Source of the DNA: Paragordius varius
Lineage: Eukaryota > Animalia > Nematomorpha
Direction: 5' to 3'
Assembly (NCBI GenBank): GCA_964247055.1
Contig: OZ176054.1
Coordinates: forward strand, 3,348,001 to 3,412,000
Length of the DNA: 64,000 bases
Shown: one piece after another, positions 63,318 through 64,000 of the stretch
Numbering within the stretch: position 1 is the stretch's first letter
How the letters are laid out: each line of letters begins with the position of its first letter
Position numbers and translations under genes: made by a program
The notes under the pieces: generated by a model
What the model was told of the DNA's origin: nothing
The model's database searches: none
What the model saw: the letters and a program-made list of their open reading frames with translations, nothing else

Positions 63318-63619
63318 TAGTAATATATGTTCAATAAAAGCCAGTTAAGTTTTTTATAAAAGGCCGCAACATAAAAAGTAAAATACTGTCATTTTTATAG
63401 ACCTTGATTCAAAATACTTATTATACACCCTATATCAGCGGTATTCACCAAAATTTTTTAAAGGATAAATATTTTCATTGTTAAGGGCCACACCGATAAA
63501 AATTTAAATATGTTTGACACATTTTAGAAGATTTTTGTAATCTAAATAAGATCGTCCAAAAATATTAAAAATTTAGGGGCATAAAAAGCACTTTTAGGGC
63601 CGCGGTTTAAGTATCACTG
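63318..63619. mobile_element. Degenerate hAT-like MITE remnant
   Basis: Right end GGGCCGCGGTTTAAGTATCACTG matches the CAGTG(A/G)TACTC ends seen at 10700 and 19276; left end degenerate. Confidence 0.4.
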
Positions 63620-64000
63620 CCCTATGTGAATAAATGGGCTGAATATGGGGTTATATATAAAATTTCGAGCATAAGGTAGTTTTTAAGTTGGCCATCGAAC
63701 ATGTAGGCCAAAACCTTGGTTTAAATTTATCAATATTATAGAAAAATACGTAAGCTGCACACTGATATAAAGCTTCAAATGATTGCTTATATATTCTGTG
63801 TTTGCAATATATAAATATAATTTTCCATAAAAAATACGGTTTGATATTGCAATCCAAAATTTATATATGTGTTTGTAAAACAAAATTATTGTACAATGTG
63901 GCCATAAAGAATGTAAAAATACAACCTTATTTTGATTTTATCAATAATTATTTTTTTTGGAATGAAAAATGAATAATCTATGTTATCTACAATGACAATG

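Overview
AT-rich (roughly 25% GC by eye) intron-containing animal genomic DNA, probably an invertebrate; the species cannot be determined from the sequence. I reconstructed 11 multi-exon genes by hand with phase-consistent GT(GC)-AG junctions: TRMT12/TYW2, MRPS15, RPS14, an effector caspase, a compact TCF20/RAI1-like ePHD gene, GFPT (GFAT), EBP2, PPP1R2 (PP1 inhibitor-2), SLC25A19, MOB1 and a ~1,390-aa low-complexity orphan. The first exon of an ATPSCKMT/FAM173-like gene runs off the left edge. Mobile DNA includes RTE LINE relics, a Penelope-like element with inverted arms, a 3.1-kb non-autonomous Helitron carrying a tandem array, and piggyBac-like, hAT-like and TA-flanked MITEs. Main discoveries: (1) a discrete class of 23-29-nt spliceosomal micro-introns (10 of about 60 introns), concentrated at gene 5' ends, with no intron between 30 and 54 nt; (2) a duplicated alternative last exon of inhibitor-2 with a second HY(N/D)E helix fused to a long Ser/Lys-rich H1-like tail; (3) an intact minimal type I hammerhead ribozyme in a TSD-flanked retrozyme-like insert, plus a possible variant hammerhead in the Penelope arms; (4) a 5'-inverted RTE insertion; (5) piggyBac-like MITEs ending about 60 nt upstream of two ribosome-related genes. 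Homology calls come from recalled family motifs, not database searches.
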